DNA from: Octopus bimaculoides | Taxonomy: Eukaryota | DNA: 64,000 nt | NCBI RefSeq assembly: GCF_001194135.2 | Contig: NC_068984.1 | Location: 121,927,802 to 121,991,801, forward strand | Direction: 5' to 3' | Position numbers and translations under genes: made by a program | Shown: positions 27,390 to 39,769 of the stretch, one piece after another | How the letters are laid out: the number at the start of each line of letters is the position of its first letter | Numbering within the stretch: the first letter of the stretch is position 1 | Notes under the pieces: generated by a model | Database searches by the model: none | Told to the model about the DNA's origin: nothing | Seen by the model: only the letters and a program-made list of their open reading frames with translations

Positions 27390-28093
27390 GAATGGGATGA
27401 AAGAAGCACTGCAGGGAGGATTGGATGGCCAATACACCAAAGGAGATGACAAAGACCGGGCACATGAAGAAAGTCGACTTGGGGACAATCTGTGGGTGAA
27501 TCTTGAAGGTCTGGGAAGAGATTCCAGAAGACATCATCAAGCTGGCTTTCCTGAAGTGCTGTATATCCAACACGTTCGACAGCACAGAAGATGACATCTT
27601 GTGGGAAGACAACGCCATCTCTCCCGACTCTTCTGACTCCAGCGATGACAAAGATGAATTGGCATATGCAGACAATCAACTCTACGAGGTCTTCAACGTG
27701 TCATCTGATGCCAAAGCGTTCTTAGGCTTTGAGTGAAGTCTCTACCCATTAGGGTTAGTCCTTTTTAGGACCACACATTTTCAAGAAAAAATATAGTGAT
27801 CACAATATGAATAAATCATATAAACACACATAATAAAAAGATGTTCTCTTATTATCTCTTGCATTAAAACCTGGACTTCTTCCATTAATAATTATGAATA
27901 TCAATGATCGCAGTCAGAAATGTTTGTTAAGTATGAAATCATCATGAAATTGAAATTTGTATTCATCCTGCATTTCTCCCTTTTCATTAGCCCCAGTTAT
28001 TTCCTGGTTTCCTCCACATTGTTCCCCTGTCGGGGACCAAAAGTCATGGGTGCGGTTTATACATGGCTGTAACTTATACACCGGCAAATATGG
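27390..28093 (+). mobile_element. pogo/Tigger-like DNA transposon, 3' part
   Basis: MTKTGHMKKVDLGTICG*ILKVWEEIPEDIIKLAFLKCCISNTFDSTEDDILW plus an acidic tail; terminal cttatacaccggcaaatatgg|TA is a pogo-type TIR with TA TSD. Confidence 0.8.
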
Positions 28094-31000
28094 TAATCAT
28101 ATCAACTGGGGTTTATATACACTCTTCCACAAGTTTCGGTTTGAAATCATTATTATTATTATTATTATTATTATAAATTTTCTAATTGCTTTAGCTTGGG
28201 TATGCAGGTATTTTGAAAATACCACAGAGTGACAATCATGCCCTGCCCTGCTTTTATGCAAGGCATGGCACCTGTTCAGCCACCCTGCCAGGGATACGGC
28301 AAAGATGAGACTGCAGCTTGACAGATTGTGAAGAGGTAGTGGAAGAGCTCAACTGAGTCAATGGTGCTTCTCACATTGATGCTGAGTGGAGCAATCCTAG
28401 AAGATCAACAGTCAGGATCACCAAGCTCTATCAAGAGTGTAACTGCAACGTATCAACAGGTTCTGTAATCAGCTAATGAAAGATTCATTATGATTCAAGC
28501 TCTCAATTCAAATTCATAATAATGAAATAGAATGGCAACAAAGAGTCATGGGAATCTGCGAGAGCAGAGCAAAATAAATTACTTTAGCACAGCAAGTCGT
28601 GTAAATTTTCTTCCTCAGCTTTTTCCTTTCATCCTTTGTTTCGTTATCAAATTGAAAAAAAATATATATAAATACATCTCATGAAACATTTCAACATAAA
28701 TGATAAATGATACTATAAATTGAATATCAATATAGCTCAATATGGCTCAATATGAAGATTTTAAGCTATTAAAGTTCATCCTGTTTGGGACTCTCAGCTT
28801 ATACTAATAATTTGAGCAACAACATGAACAAAACAGAACAAACACTCACACACAAGCATGCTGACATATATGCGTGCACACACACACACAATAATAATAA
28901 TAATAATAACAAATAAGAAGCAAGTGAAAGCAGAAAACTTGGAAATTGATCCAAGACCTACAAGCTGTGCAACATAAACCTGGTTGAGTGTGAGAATATG
29001 TAGAAGTGAGCTAAGCAGGCAGCTGGGATTGAGAGTCATCAGCTGTTGTGTTCTATTGTGGTACTTTGGTGGTATGAAGTAATTAAAACTGATGAAAAAG
29101 AATGTCAATGTAGCGCTGGCTTTGATGTCAACAAATTGGCTGCCATTTTGAAAGAGAAGAGAACAACGCCAAATATGGAAAATAAAATCCTGCACAGAGT
29201 AAACATTCTGTCAGGTTGCAAATCATAGAGAAAATAATTTATTTGTCAGTTATGATTTAATTCTTAATCTTAAAACCTCAAAAGAAGAAAGAAGTGTCAT
29301 AATGCAATTATAATAGACAAGATCAATGCTATTAGGGTAAATTTTCACAAATGGTCATCGAAAATATCTAGACATGTTTATGCTTGTTTAAGACACATTG
29401 ATGTAGGAGCAAGATTGAATTATTCAAATCATCAATATTATGTCTCTTGGAGACTCAACTTTGTTAAAAACCACTCTTTGGTTTGTCAGGCTGGCTGCTA
29501 ATAAAGAATATTAAATAAAAATGTCCTTTGATTGTATCCAAAAGAAATTTTTCAGTAAGAGAAAATAAAAATCATATCAAATTCATCCGTATATTACTGT
29601 TTCTTATGCAACAAATTTACAACTTCCACTTTACAACAGCAATTTGCTTTAAAATATATTTAAGAATGAGGTGGTTAGATAAAATTAGTATTTAGCTATA
29701 CTGCTTTACATTGAATTTAAATCCAACCTGTGTAGATTTGCTTTTGATCCTTTCAGGGTCAATAAATATATACCAGTCATGCACCCAAGTCAATATAATC
29801 AACTGTTCTATCCTTCAAAAATCTGTGATCTTACAAATATGTCAGAAATCAATATTGAGAAAGATGGCCGGCTGGTTGTAGAAATTGTAAATGAACAGTG
29901 TCTTAGTGGCACTCTGCTGGTTATGATGATGAGGGTTCCAGTTGACATAATCAATGGAACACCCTGTTCATGAAAATACCATGCACGTGGTTGAGCACTC
30001 CACCACAGACACATGTACTCTTAATGTAGTTTTCAGGGAGATTCAGCATGACACAAAACATGACAAGGCTGGCCTTTTGAATTACAAGTACTACTCGATT
30101 TTGCCAGTTGAGTGAACTGGAGCGACATGAAATAAAGTGTCCTGCTCAAGGACACAATGTGCCACCAGTTTTCAAACTCATGACCTTACAATCATGAATC
30201 GAATATCCTACTAGGCCACATACCTTCACACGTTTTACATTCTGAGTTCAAATCCCATTGTTTGGTAAACTTTGCTTTACATGTCACAGAGATTGATAAA
30301 AAAAAAACCCAAAAGACTAATAATAAATATATTGGATTCAATTCAATCCATCATACTCATCTCCTACAAATTTGTGATATACCATGTACCAAGGGAACGC
30401 AAAGTTTAGGGATTTGCTACAATAATAGACTGTGGAAGGGACATTAAATACAGTTTCCGTGACATAAATTGAAAACTATTGAAAAGAGAAATTAGGTTAG
30501 TCTACTTGAAATAATTTCACACACATCTGGGAAGTTTTAGATGATTAATTTTTATGTTCCTAATAAAAGATTTGCAATTTGTTGTTGAATTCATTTTCAC
30601 CAAATAATGAATAATACAAACCATCACACCAAACTGGGTGAGCTAAACATTAGGATTATCTCTTAACACAACAGCTGGATATTTATAGACCTTAATGATA
30701 AACTACCAACAGCAATTTATCCTGGCAATGGTTCAACACTTCTCTAGATCAACTTTCATAATACTGCTATTTAAACAGATTTCATTTCAAAGAACCTACT
30801 GATGTTTGACATCCAGTGACAGAGACTACTATGAATAACAACACAAATAAAATATGAGCCAAGCAGGGGACCTCTATGTGCTCACTCAACCTGCTAACAA
30901 TAGCATCAAAAATCTCCTCTAAAACATACCTTACTATCTTGAAAAGGAAATGCTATATTATATCCGAAAAGAACAAAAACAAAAATTAGATTGTTGTACC

Positions 31001-31130
31001 TTGAATGCCATGGGCCATAGATCTACTGGATCAAAGCTGACATGGGGATAAATGCAATGAAGTTTGTATGAGAGTTTTTATTGAATCAATCCTTCGATTT
31101 TGTTAACACAGCAACCAATACCTCCTTTAA

Positions 31131-31338
31131 TCCTTTAGCATTTAAACTGGCCATGTCAAGTCCAAATATTCTACCTGCTTTATATTCAAGTCATTCAGAA
31201 ACAGCCTCTTATACGTATCTTACAAAATCATTCTAAAAATAAGCAATCACATCATCAAAATATCCAAGCTGTGAAATAATATATGATTAATTTAAAACAA
31301 AGCATTACATTTGATAGAGCAATCTGAATACTAAAAGG
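31131..31338. mobile_element. piggyBac-type MITE, degenerate copy of the 39066 family
   Basis: ttaa|tcctttagcattt ... tgaatactaaaagg|ttaa, with internal similarity to 39066-39221. Confidence 0.7.
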
Positions 31339-31895
31339 TTAAACTTAATACAATTGAAATAGGGACAACACGAACTAGTAAGTAACCATGCAAACTGTTA
31401 AATACAGCAACTAAATCATCATCATCATCATCATTTAATGTCTGCTTTCCATGCTGGTATGGGTTAGACAGTTTGACAGAAACTGGTAAGATGGAGGGCT
31501 GCATCAGGTTCCAATCTTAATTTGGCATAGTTTCTATGGCTGGATACCCTTCCTCATGCCAACCACTCCAAGAGTGTAATGGGTGCTTCTTTTGTGCCAC
31601 CGGCATGAGTGCCAGTTATGTGGCACTGGCATTGGCCATGACTATGATTTCACTTGGCTTCACGGGTCTTCTCAAACACAGCATATTGCCAATGGTTTCG
31701 GTCACTTGTCACTACCTCCATGAAGCACATCTCCATCAACAAACTCTCAGCCATATTTAAAATGCAAGTCAATGTTCAAATCCCAAACATTAAGACAAAG
31801 AATAAAGAGTGGCTAGCCATGGTTAAAAGTCTGAAGTCAACACACAGGATATAAAAATATTTCTATGTCCACCACGGTCAGTTGATTGCAAGCCT

Positions 31896-32027
31896 TTCAT
31901 CATTCAGAAGAGAATCTCTGTTCATACCAATAGCATCCAATATGTCAACTATTGTTGGTTTTCAAAGGTCACATGTATAATAGTATAACATTATAAATCG
32001 TTACTTCCAATCATATGGCTTACATTA
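31896..32027 (-). pseudogene. Decayed partial duplicate of the DUS4L start exon plus upstream intron
   Basis: About 80% identical by hand to 33601-33735 with one 3-nt deletion; ATG changed to ATA and acceptor CAG changed to CAT. Confidence 0.85.
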
Positions 32028-32087
32028 ATTCAAGAGTTCAGCATAAAATATTTCAAGAGTGGTGGCCAGTTTACTGTGTCCCTTTAA

Positions 32088-32529
32088 GTGTTGGTCATAA
32101 CAACTAAAATGGCAAAATAAGTTTTAGGACATAAAGGGCTTTAATCAAACAGAACCCTTTCAAACTTCGTATACTTATCTATTTTGTGTTATAGAACAGA
32201 AAAAATTTTTTGTATTCGAATTTATTTCATGTAAAAAATTGTCTTATTTCGATAATTTCTACTAATCACTGACATCTATTCAGTTGAAAACAGTTAGCGC
32301 TGTAACGGTGTATATCGTATTAATCCCCTAACCCTAACCCTAACTAGACTGTTAACCCTAACCCTAACCCTAAAACTAACCCTAACTCTAGAATCCAAAC
32401 TCTAAAATTGTTACACACATAGATACGCACAGCGTAATTTATTATATAAACAATATATGCGTATAAATTACGATTAAACCGGATGAAATATGTCACAGGG
32501 AATAACATTTTTATGACCGCCCAGCAGTA
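32088..32529 (+). mobile_element. Probable Helentron-like element with internal (CCCTAA)n repeats
   Basis: Subterminal inverted repeat GGTCATAA.AA (about 32092) and TT.TTATGACC (about 32508-32518); interrupted TAACCC units at 32325-32390; runs into an N-gap. Confidence 0.4.
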
Positions 32530-33294
32530 NNNNNNNNNNNNNNNNNNNNNNNNNNNNNNNNNNNNNNNNNNNNNNNNNNNNNNNNNNNNNNNNNNNNNNN
32601 NNNNNNNNNNNNNNNNNNNNNNNNNNNNNNNNNNNNNNNNNNNNNNNNNNNNNNNNNNNNNNNNNNNNNNNNNNNNNNNNNNNNNNNNNNNNNNNNNNNN
32701 NNNNNNNNNNNNNNNNNNNNNNNNNNNNNNNNNNNNNNNNNNNNNNNNNNNNNNNNNNNNNNNNNNNNNNNNNNNNNNNNNNNNNNNNNNNNNNNNNNNN
32801 NNNNNNNNNNNNNNNNNNNNNNNNNNNNNNNNNNNNNNNNNNNNNNNNNNNNNNNNNNNNNNNNNNNNNNNNNNNNNNNNNNNNNNNNNNNNNNNNNNNN
32901 NNNNNNNNNNNNNNNNNNNNNNNNNNNNNNNNNNNNNNNNNNNNNNNNNNNNNNNNNNNNNNNNNNNNNNNNNNNNNNNNNNNNNNNNNNNNNNNNNNNN
33001 NNNNNNNNNNNNNNNNNNNNNNNNNNNNNNNNNNNNNNNNNNNNNNNNNNNNNNNNNNNNNNNNNNNNNNNNNNNNNNNNNNNNNNNNNNNNNNNNNNNN
33101 NNNNNNNNNNNNNNNNNNNNNNNNNNNNNNNNNNNNNNNNNNNNNNNNNNNNNNNNNNNNNNNNNNNNNNNNNNNNNNNNNNNNNNNNNNNNNNNNNNNN
33201 NNNNNNNNNNNNNNNNNNNNNNNNNNNNNNNNNNNNNNNNNNNNNNNNNNNNNNNNNNNNNNNNNNNNNNNNNNNNNNNNNNNNNNNNNNNNNN
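32530..33294. other. Assembly gap (one of about ten N-runs)
   Basis: Other gaps at about 1337-1367, 3752-3840, 7872-8237, 10062-10690, 42351-42471, 57346-57578, 59783-59792, 61226-61247 and 62567-62865; most abut microsatellites. Confidence 0.99.
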
Positions 33295-33508
33295 GAGGAG
33301 GAGGAGGAGGAGGAGGAAACAGAAGAGGATGATGACAACAATGATGACCATGACAACTGATTAGTATTAAAAACAGTATCCACTTATAAAAAACCATCTC
33401 TGACAATTCATGCAAATATATGAGTTTGGAGCTGCAGCCAACCCACTGAATAGTCGTAGAAATACTTCATAACTAACCAATCAACAAGCAAGAATACAAA
33501 CTACTTAC

Positions 33509-33660
33509 TTTGAGTAACGTACCATAGGGGCACAGATCCTCACAAATTTCCTTTCAGCAAAAAGCTCCAGGGGTTTCTTCCATTTGAAATCCTGTTCTTC
33601 TTCATCACCCAGAAGGGAAAGTCTGCTCACACCATTGCTAGCATCCAATATATCAACCAT
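33509..33660 (-). CDS. DUS4L: DUS4L first coding exon (tRNA-dihydrouridine 20a/20b synthase-like)
   Basis: Minus-strand translation MVDILDASNGVSRLSLLGDEEEQDFKWKKPLELFAERKFVRICAPMVRYS(K); CAPMVRYSK is the Dus4-family N-terminal motif. Donor AA|GTAAGT at 33508. Acceptor CAG at 33683-33681 gives 20 nt of 5'UTR before the ATG at 33660. Not in the ORF track. Confidence 0.93.
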
Positions 33661-33804
33661 TGTGGCTTTTCAAAGGTCACCTGCATAGTAATGAGACATT
33701 ATGAATTGTTGCTTCCAGTTACATGGTTTACATTAGCTACAGACATCAATTCTTTCTAAACATGCTTTCAGAACTGCTATAACAAATTACAATACAACAG
33801 TTTC

Positions 33805-33897
33805 CATGTACATGGCTGTTTTGTACATCACATCCACAACACTGTACATGGTTACACATAGGTGGCTGACAGTGTTTATCATACAGACTGTACATGG

Positions 33898-33951
<54 letters not shown>

Positions 33952-34340
33952 TTATTTCATACATGGCTACATTGTGCATCACACACATTGTACATGCTTA
34001 CATTGTACATCACATACATCATGCATGGTTACAGTGTATGTTACTAACACTGTATCCACTGTACACCATACAGACCATATGTGAATACACTGTACATCAC
34101 ACACACTGTATGCAGCTATACATCACATCCACTACATGTAGCTACACTGTACAGACACACTGTATGTGGCTTACGTTACACATGGCTACAGTGTACATCA
34201 CACTCACAATGTGAGGCTGCACGGTATACATTCTACATCACACATATTGTATGTGCTCCACTGTAAATTACATATATATTTCATAGCAACACTATATGTA
34301 TTTAACCACCACTATACAAGGCTATACTGTACAACTTTCT
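33805..34340. repeat. Degenerate minisatellite (acactgtacatggctac / tacatcacac units) just upstream of the DUS4L start exon
   Basis: Repeated TACATGG(C/T)TACA, TACATCAC and CACTGTA motifs with an embedded (TA)n. Confidence 0.7.
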
Positions 34341-35847
34341 TTTTCTTTATGTGCTATAAGTTTGAAAAAAAAAATGCAATATTTATTGAGAAAGACTTCT
34401 TGACCTAACAAGATCTCAAACTTCCAAGAAACTACATAAGTAAGTACCAGTAACACTTACAAGATGGAACATAACTAACAGAAAACTCAGCTCTGACAGG
34501 AGGGACACATTTCATAATGTAGTCCTAGATACATTGTGTATGGATAAAAGATGGCATGGTTACAGCTGCAACAACTTTGATCACAGGCCTACTTGATCAA
34601 AGTTGACCCAGTGTTAGACAACTACTTGAATCAGTATTGTGATATCTGAATATTCATAACAAGATTTAGCCTAGTCATGTGAACCAGTTTGGACATGTGT
34701 CTCACATTCACACAAAGCCTAGCTTAATAATGTCCACAAGTTGATAGATATGCCACTAAATTGAAAGATTAAACCAAGGGTGTATGTTAAGTCTGCGAGA
34801 TTGTTTACTAATCATCCAAATTGATATCATCATTATTGTTGTTAGAGTCCAGCTTACAATATTTATGAGGGTTTGATAGGTTAGCAGTTGGCAAATCAAA
34901 ACTCGTTATAATCCATCACTGTCTTGTCCATGAGGCTCAGCAATGTGTGATGTGATCTCACAATTCTGAGATCAACCACCTGCCTAGACCCTGTCTTAAA
35001 TACTTTATTTAATCTCCAGAATTAAATGAGCAAACTATATAAGCTCAATCTTGGAGCATCTAAGAGTCATGAGAGAATCCCTCTTCTTCCCCAACAGATT
35101 AATTAAAAATTTAAAAAGAAATTCATGTCCAAACTAATCCAGTCATCTTTCATACAGTTAAGATGATATTTTTAAGCTTTCCATTACCATATTTCTGTTG
35201 AAATACGACAGACTCTCCCATTGAAGATGATGTGTGAGTATTTGCTGAACAACCTGCACAAATGGTTTGTTCATAGTGATCAAATGCATGTGCTGTACAT
35301 CAGCTCACTCCCTCCATCAAATCGACACAGCCTGAACAGGTACACAGTGTACGTGTCAGATGTGGAAGTGATCGTAGAGCAACATGAGATGAAGTGTTTT
35401 GCTCAAGAACACAATGCACCACCTGATCTAGGAATTGAAACCGCAATCTCAGGATTGTGAGTGTAACACCCTAACCACAAGGCCATTTATGTGTTTCAGT
35501 TCATTTTGAAAATAATGAAGAATGTAGTGAAATAACTTTACCCTTATTAAGGTAATGTTTGGAACATAAATTAAGATGAAATTTTCATGTAAGCTTTTAA
35601 TATACTTTGAAACAAGAAGTTTGTATCATTGAACAAGAGACAATCTTTCAGGCAAGTTGGTATCAAAAGTGTTAATGCCAAATCATTCTCTCATTCCGCT
35701 TGTTCTCTACTTCCCATGCAGGTTAACATTACATATTCAATAGAACAGATTCAACTCATTTCTCTCCAGTTTCTGCAGGTCTTCTACATTTAGTGCTTAT
35801 TATCTCACTACCATTCATTTATGCAAGCTTTGTTGGCAACTGTTTAA

Positions 35848-36326
35848 CCCTTTTCTTACCATATTTCTGTTGAGATGCTCTGTGTTTCTTTCAATTAATT
35901 TTAAATATAACAAAGAATTTAGTAAAATAACTTAGTTATTTTTTATTTCTTCATTGCCCACAAGGGGCTAAATGTAGAGGGGACAAACAAGGACAGACAA
36001 AGAGATTAGGTCGATTACATCGACCCCAGTGCGTAACTGGTACTTAATTTATTGACCCCGAAAGGATGAAAGGAAAAGTCAACCTCAGCGGAATTTGAAC
36101 TCAGAACGTAATGGCAGACAAAATACTGGTAAGCATTTCGCCCGGCGTGCTAACGTTTCTGCCAGCTCGCCGCCTTTAGTAAAATAACTTAGTTATTATT
36201 AAGCTAGTGTTAGGAACATAAATTGTGACTAAGGTTTGGTGAAAGATTTTAATTCAGAACTTTTGAAAACAAGACATTTGTACTACAGAGCCGGATGTGG
36301 TTTCAGGCAGGTTAGTATCAAAAGGG
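35848..36326. mobile_element. piggyBac-type MITE containing a SINE insertion
   Basis: TTAA|CCCTTT...AAAGGG|TTAA; SINE at 35941-36174 flanked by a 23-bp TSD. A decayed relative spans about 35170-35675. Confidence 0.8.
35941..36174 (-). mobile_element. tRNA-derived SINE family A (AGGCGGCGAGCTGGCAG head), young copy
   Basis: A-box-like and B-box (GAGTTCAAATTCC) motifs, A-rich tail, 23-bp TSD. More than 15 further copies or fragments, e.g. 1895-2040, 3130-3280, 6090-6480, 12530-12750, 25310-25490, 26805-27005 and 52254-54230. Confidence 0.85.
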
Positions 36327-37378
36327 TTAAATAAGTAAACCAGCAAAAGTATTTCCCATTAACAGGTTGTACACTAAGTTTGAGCAGCAACTGTCAGTAA
36401 CAAATTAACATTATCAATTGGTTCCTTATTTGTACAGAGATATTTCTTGAATCTTGGCAGCTGACTTACACCAATAACCGATTCCTGGAACTGAACCAAC
36501 AATTATCATTTTGCAGCTTATATAACATGAATATGTATGACTTTCATGCAGCCATCATGTGTTTTACACACACACAATAGTATGTATGCATAATCTGTTC
36601 TTAAAATAACTAACAACTAAAAAAAAATGCACTGAATTTATTAACTAACAATTCATAAGACATATCATAAATCATGCTGTTTATTTCAAATCCATTTTCA
36701 TAATCTCTATATTAAACCATTTTGTTGTTCTCAAATGTATTTTCAACATCTAAAATGTTCATTATCTCTCTCTGTATATATATAAAGGTCACTCCCTATC
36801 TTTCTATCAGGAAAGCCTGCAAAGGTCATGGACATGGCTCCCACCACTCCTCAAACTAACTTATATAAAAAAAAACATCAACAAAATCATCAATATATCA
36901 GTACATTCTTCTCAAATATACATATATATATATATATATATAAATTTATGTGTATGTATATCTGCTAGCATGCACGTAAACACTGATATTGCCAGCAGTG
37001 CTTGGATTTCTGTTGATTTGAACACACTTGTGTTAAGTGAAGTGCTGCCAAGCGCATATGAAAAGTCTGCTCCTAATATCAGGACTGGCCTCTGCAGAAA
37101 GCCAACTTTTTTTTACTTCTGCATCAATCTAGTTCTACTGTCTTTCATGCTATACACTTGTACATTTGTGTTTAATGACTTCTGGTCATTCTGCCAAACT
37201 TGCTATTGGGATTTAGTGAGGATGAGCAGAGAGTGAAGGCGCTGCAACACAACAATGCCACTTCCATTAATAAAACTAGTGAGGAGATCACAGAGGCATT
37301 CTAGATGGAATGAATTAACAGCAGTCCTCATAAGACATGATAACATGATACTATACTATACATAAGAGTGAGTGAGTA

Positions 37379-37420
<42 letters not shown>

Positions 37421-39065
37421 TGTTTGTGTTTGTGCATGTGTGGATACAACCACAAAATGCTAATTTAAAAGAAAATATTTGAAAACGGGTTTTTAGCAAT
37501 ATTCTTGGAGGAAATGGAGAATAATAACACAGAGGCCATCTGAGTATTTCCAGGAACAACCTTTTAGTAAGCTTCTGACTAGTAAGTTCTATACTATCTA
37601 TACTATTATCACTTACTATCATACCAAGACAGATAGTGATACAATAGAATGGAGGTTTAGAACTATAAAAGCTAAGTAACAGATCTTGAAGAAGTAAAAG
37701 AAAGCAGGTAGTGATACAAAGTAACTACATAGAAACCAAGCTACCATGTGTACCTTGTCAAGAGAAAATCTAAGAGATGTGTTCTATGAGAATGAGAGGT
37801 GTGAGGTACTCTGATGTGAATTGCAAAGCATTGTGTTCATGTGAATGGAGATGTCATTAGAGTCCAAATCAACACTGGTGCACTTAACCCTCTCGTGATA
37901 GTGAAGAGAAACACAGGAATGCTCCTATGAGAGGTTGAGAAGGAAGAATGGTTTAGTGAAAGACTTACTCAAGTTGAATGAATATAGGAAACAACTATTG
38001 AGGTCGGTTTCAGAATTGTTGAGAAAAAAAAATGAAGGAAGAAAATGAAGCTGAGATTATAGTCAGGATCTATGTAGGTCATATTAACAATATGATAAGG
38101 GGAAGAATAGCACAGGGGAGCAATTCTGTGTACTGATACGAAGTATGGATTCACATATGGAATACAGTATGCAATTAGTAGAGAACACACCCACTAGAGA
38201 CACTTGAAATCTAAAAAGCAAGAGAAATAAGTCCAATAATATCAAATAATTGAAATTTTGGAAAATATAGAAAATGTAGTATAGGAGTTAAACTGGTCTT
38301 TAACGTTCAACATTTAACCTTTAGCATTTAAACTGGCTATATTCAATATTTTATCTGTTTTATGTTCAAACTGGCAAGAAGTGGCCTCTCACACCAACCC
38401 TACAATATCATTCTAATGGGTGGACAGACGCACAGATGGACAGATAGATACAGAGTAGAGAAGAGGAAACACAGAAATGTTGATTATCAATATCAACAAT
38501 ATGGTCAAAGGAAGATACTTCAGGGGAGCATTATGCATATTAAATTCAAATATGATAGGGTCTTAAACATATAAAACAATGTGTTGAAAAACTTTGGCTA
38601 AGTTTACCAGTGTCTAACAGACACTAGTTAGTCATCTGCTGTCTGTATGAGGATGTGTGTGTTTTGTGAAGGTGTGGGAAACTTGTGTAGATATAGGTTG
38701 AAAAGAGTGGGTGAGAGGCTAAATATACAGGACAAACTGGTTAATTAGATAGAATAGAAAGGTGTTACTCCAGACAACTGGTGTATATTGTCAAGTATTA
38801 AAAGAGAAAAAAAGTGATGCATAGGTGACAAGCAATTAGACAGACCTCAAGCTTCTGGATAAAGTCTTAAAAGTAGTTGAAAGAATTTTAGTGAAGTTAG
38901 TTCAAGATAAAGTTTGCTTGAATAAGAGGGGATATCTGAGTTTCTGTCAGGCTTTAGTTCTCTACTTGTTATTCATTGTTCCGGGAAAGAATTTTAAAGG
39001 TATGGGTGATATGGAGACTAAGTGTAAATGAATAACTTGTAAGAGTTCTTACAAAGTGTGTTTAA

Positions 39066-39221
39066 CCCTTTAGCATTCAAACAGGCCATATCTGGCCTCT
39101 ACCCTACAGTGTCATTCTAAACACATCAAAATCATGAAGCTATGAGATAATGCATAATTAATTTGAAATAATGTGGATAAATAAGCATTACAATTGATGA
39201 ATTAATCTGAATGCTAAAGGG
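39066..39221. mobile_element. piggyBac-type MITE (CCCTTTAGCATTCA family)
   Basis: TTAA flanks and 14-bp TIR; a degenerate sister copy lies at 31131-31338 and a partial one near 38316. Confidence 0.8.
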
Positions 39222-39441
39222 TTAAAGGTGCAGTTGGCAGAGTTAAAGTTGCCCATAAAATTTAGTAAAGAATTTAGTAAACAAGTGGGTGCAACAGTTT
39301 CATTTTCATGTTTCTCGTTACAGTCTTTGAATCAATAAGGCAGAAGTTTATAACATCATCTTTGAGAATTTTATATACAAAAGACTCGGTTCTTTCAAAG
39401 ACTTACAGAGTAAGTTTTGTGCCAGAAGGCATAGTCTAGAG

Positions 39442-39769
39442 CAGTGGTTTTCAACTGGGGTCCATATGGCCCTTGGAAGTCCATTATAAGATTTTGTTGT
39501 TAAAATTTATCTGCAATAAATTGGTTATACTTCTACAATACACAAAATATTTTTACGAATTTTTTTATACAATTTATAATAACGTTTAATTATAAAAATA
39601 TAGTAAGTTTTCTTAAACAGCAAATAGTTAAGATTTTTTTATACAGTTCCTAGTATGAAAATATAGAAATATAACAGGATTTTTTAAACATCAAATGGAT
39701 AAGTGAGTTCATCAGAATAAAATAGGACTCAAAGGAGGTCCACAGGTAAAAAATGGTTGAGAAACACTC
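39442..39769. mobile_element. hAT (Charlie-type) MITE
   Basis: CAGTGGTTTTCAAC...GTTGAGAAACACTC termini with 8-bp TSD GTCTAGAG/GTGTAGAG. Confidence 0.8.

Noticed and set aside
29135-29150. YY1-like CAAAATGGCAGC plus CCAAT as an internal promoter
   Set aside because: A single short motif without CpG enrichment or other support.
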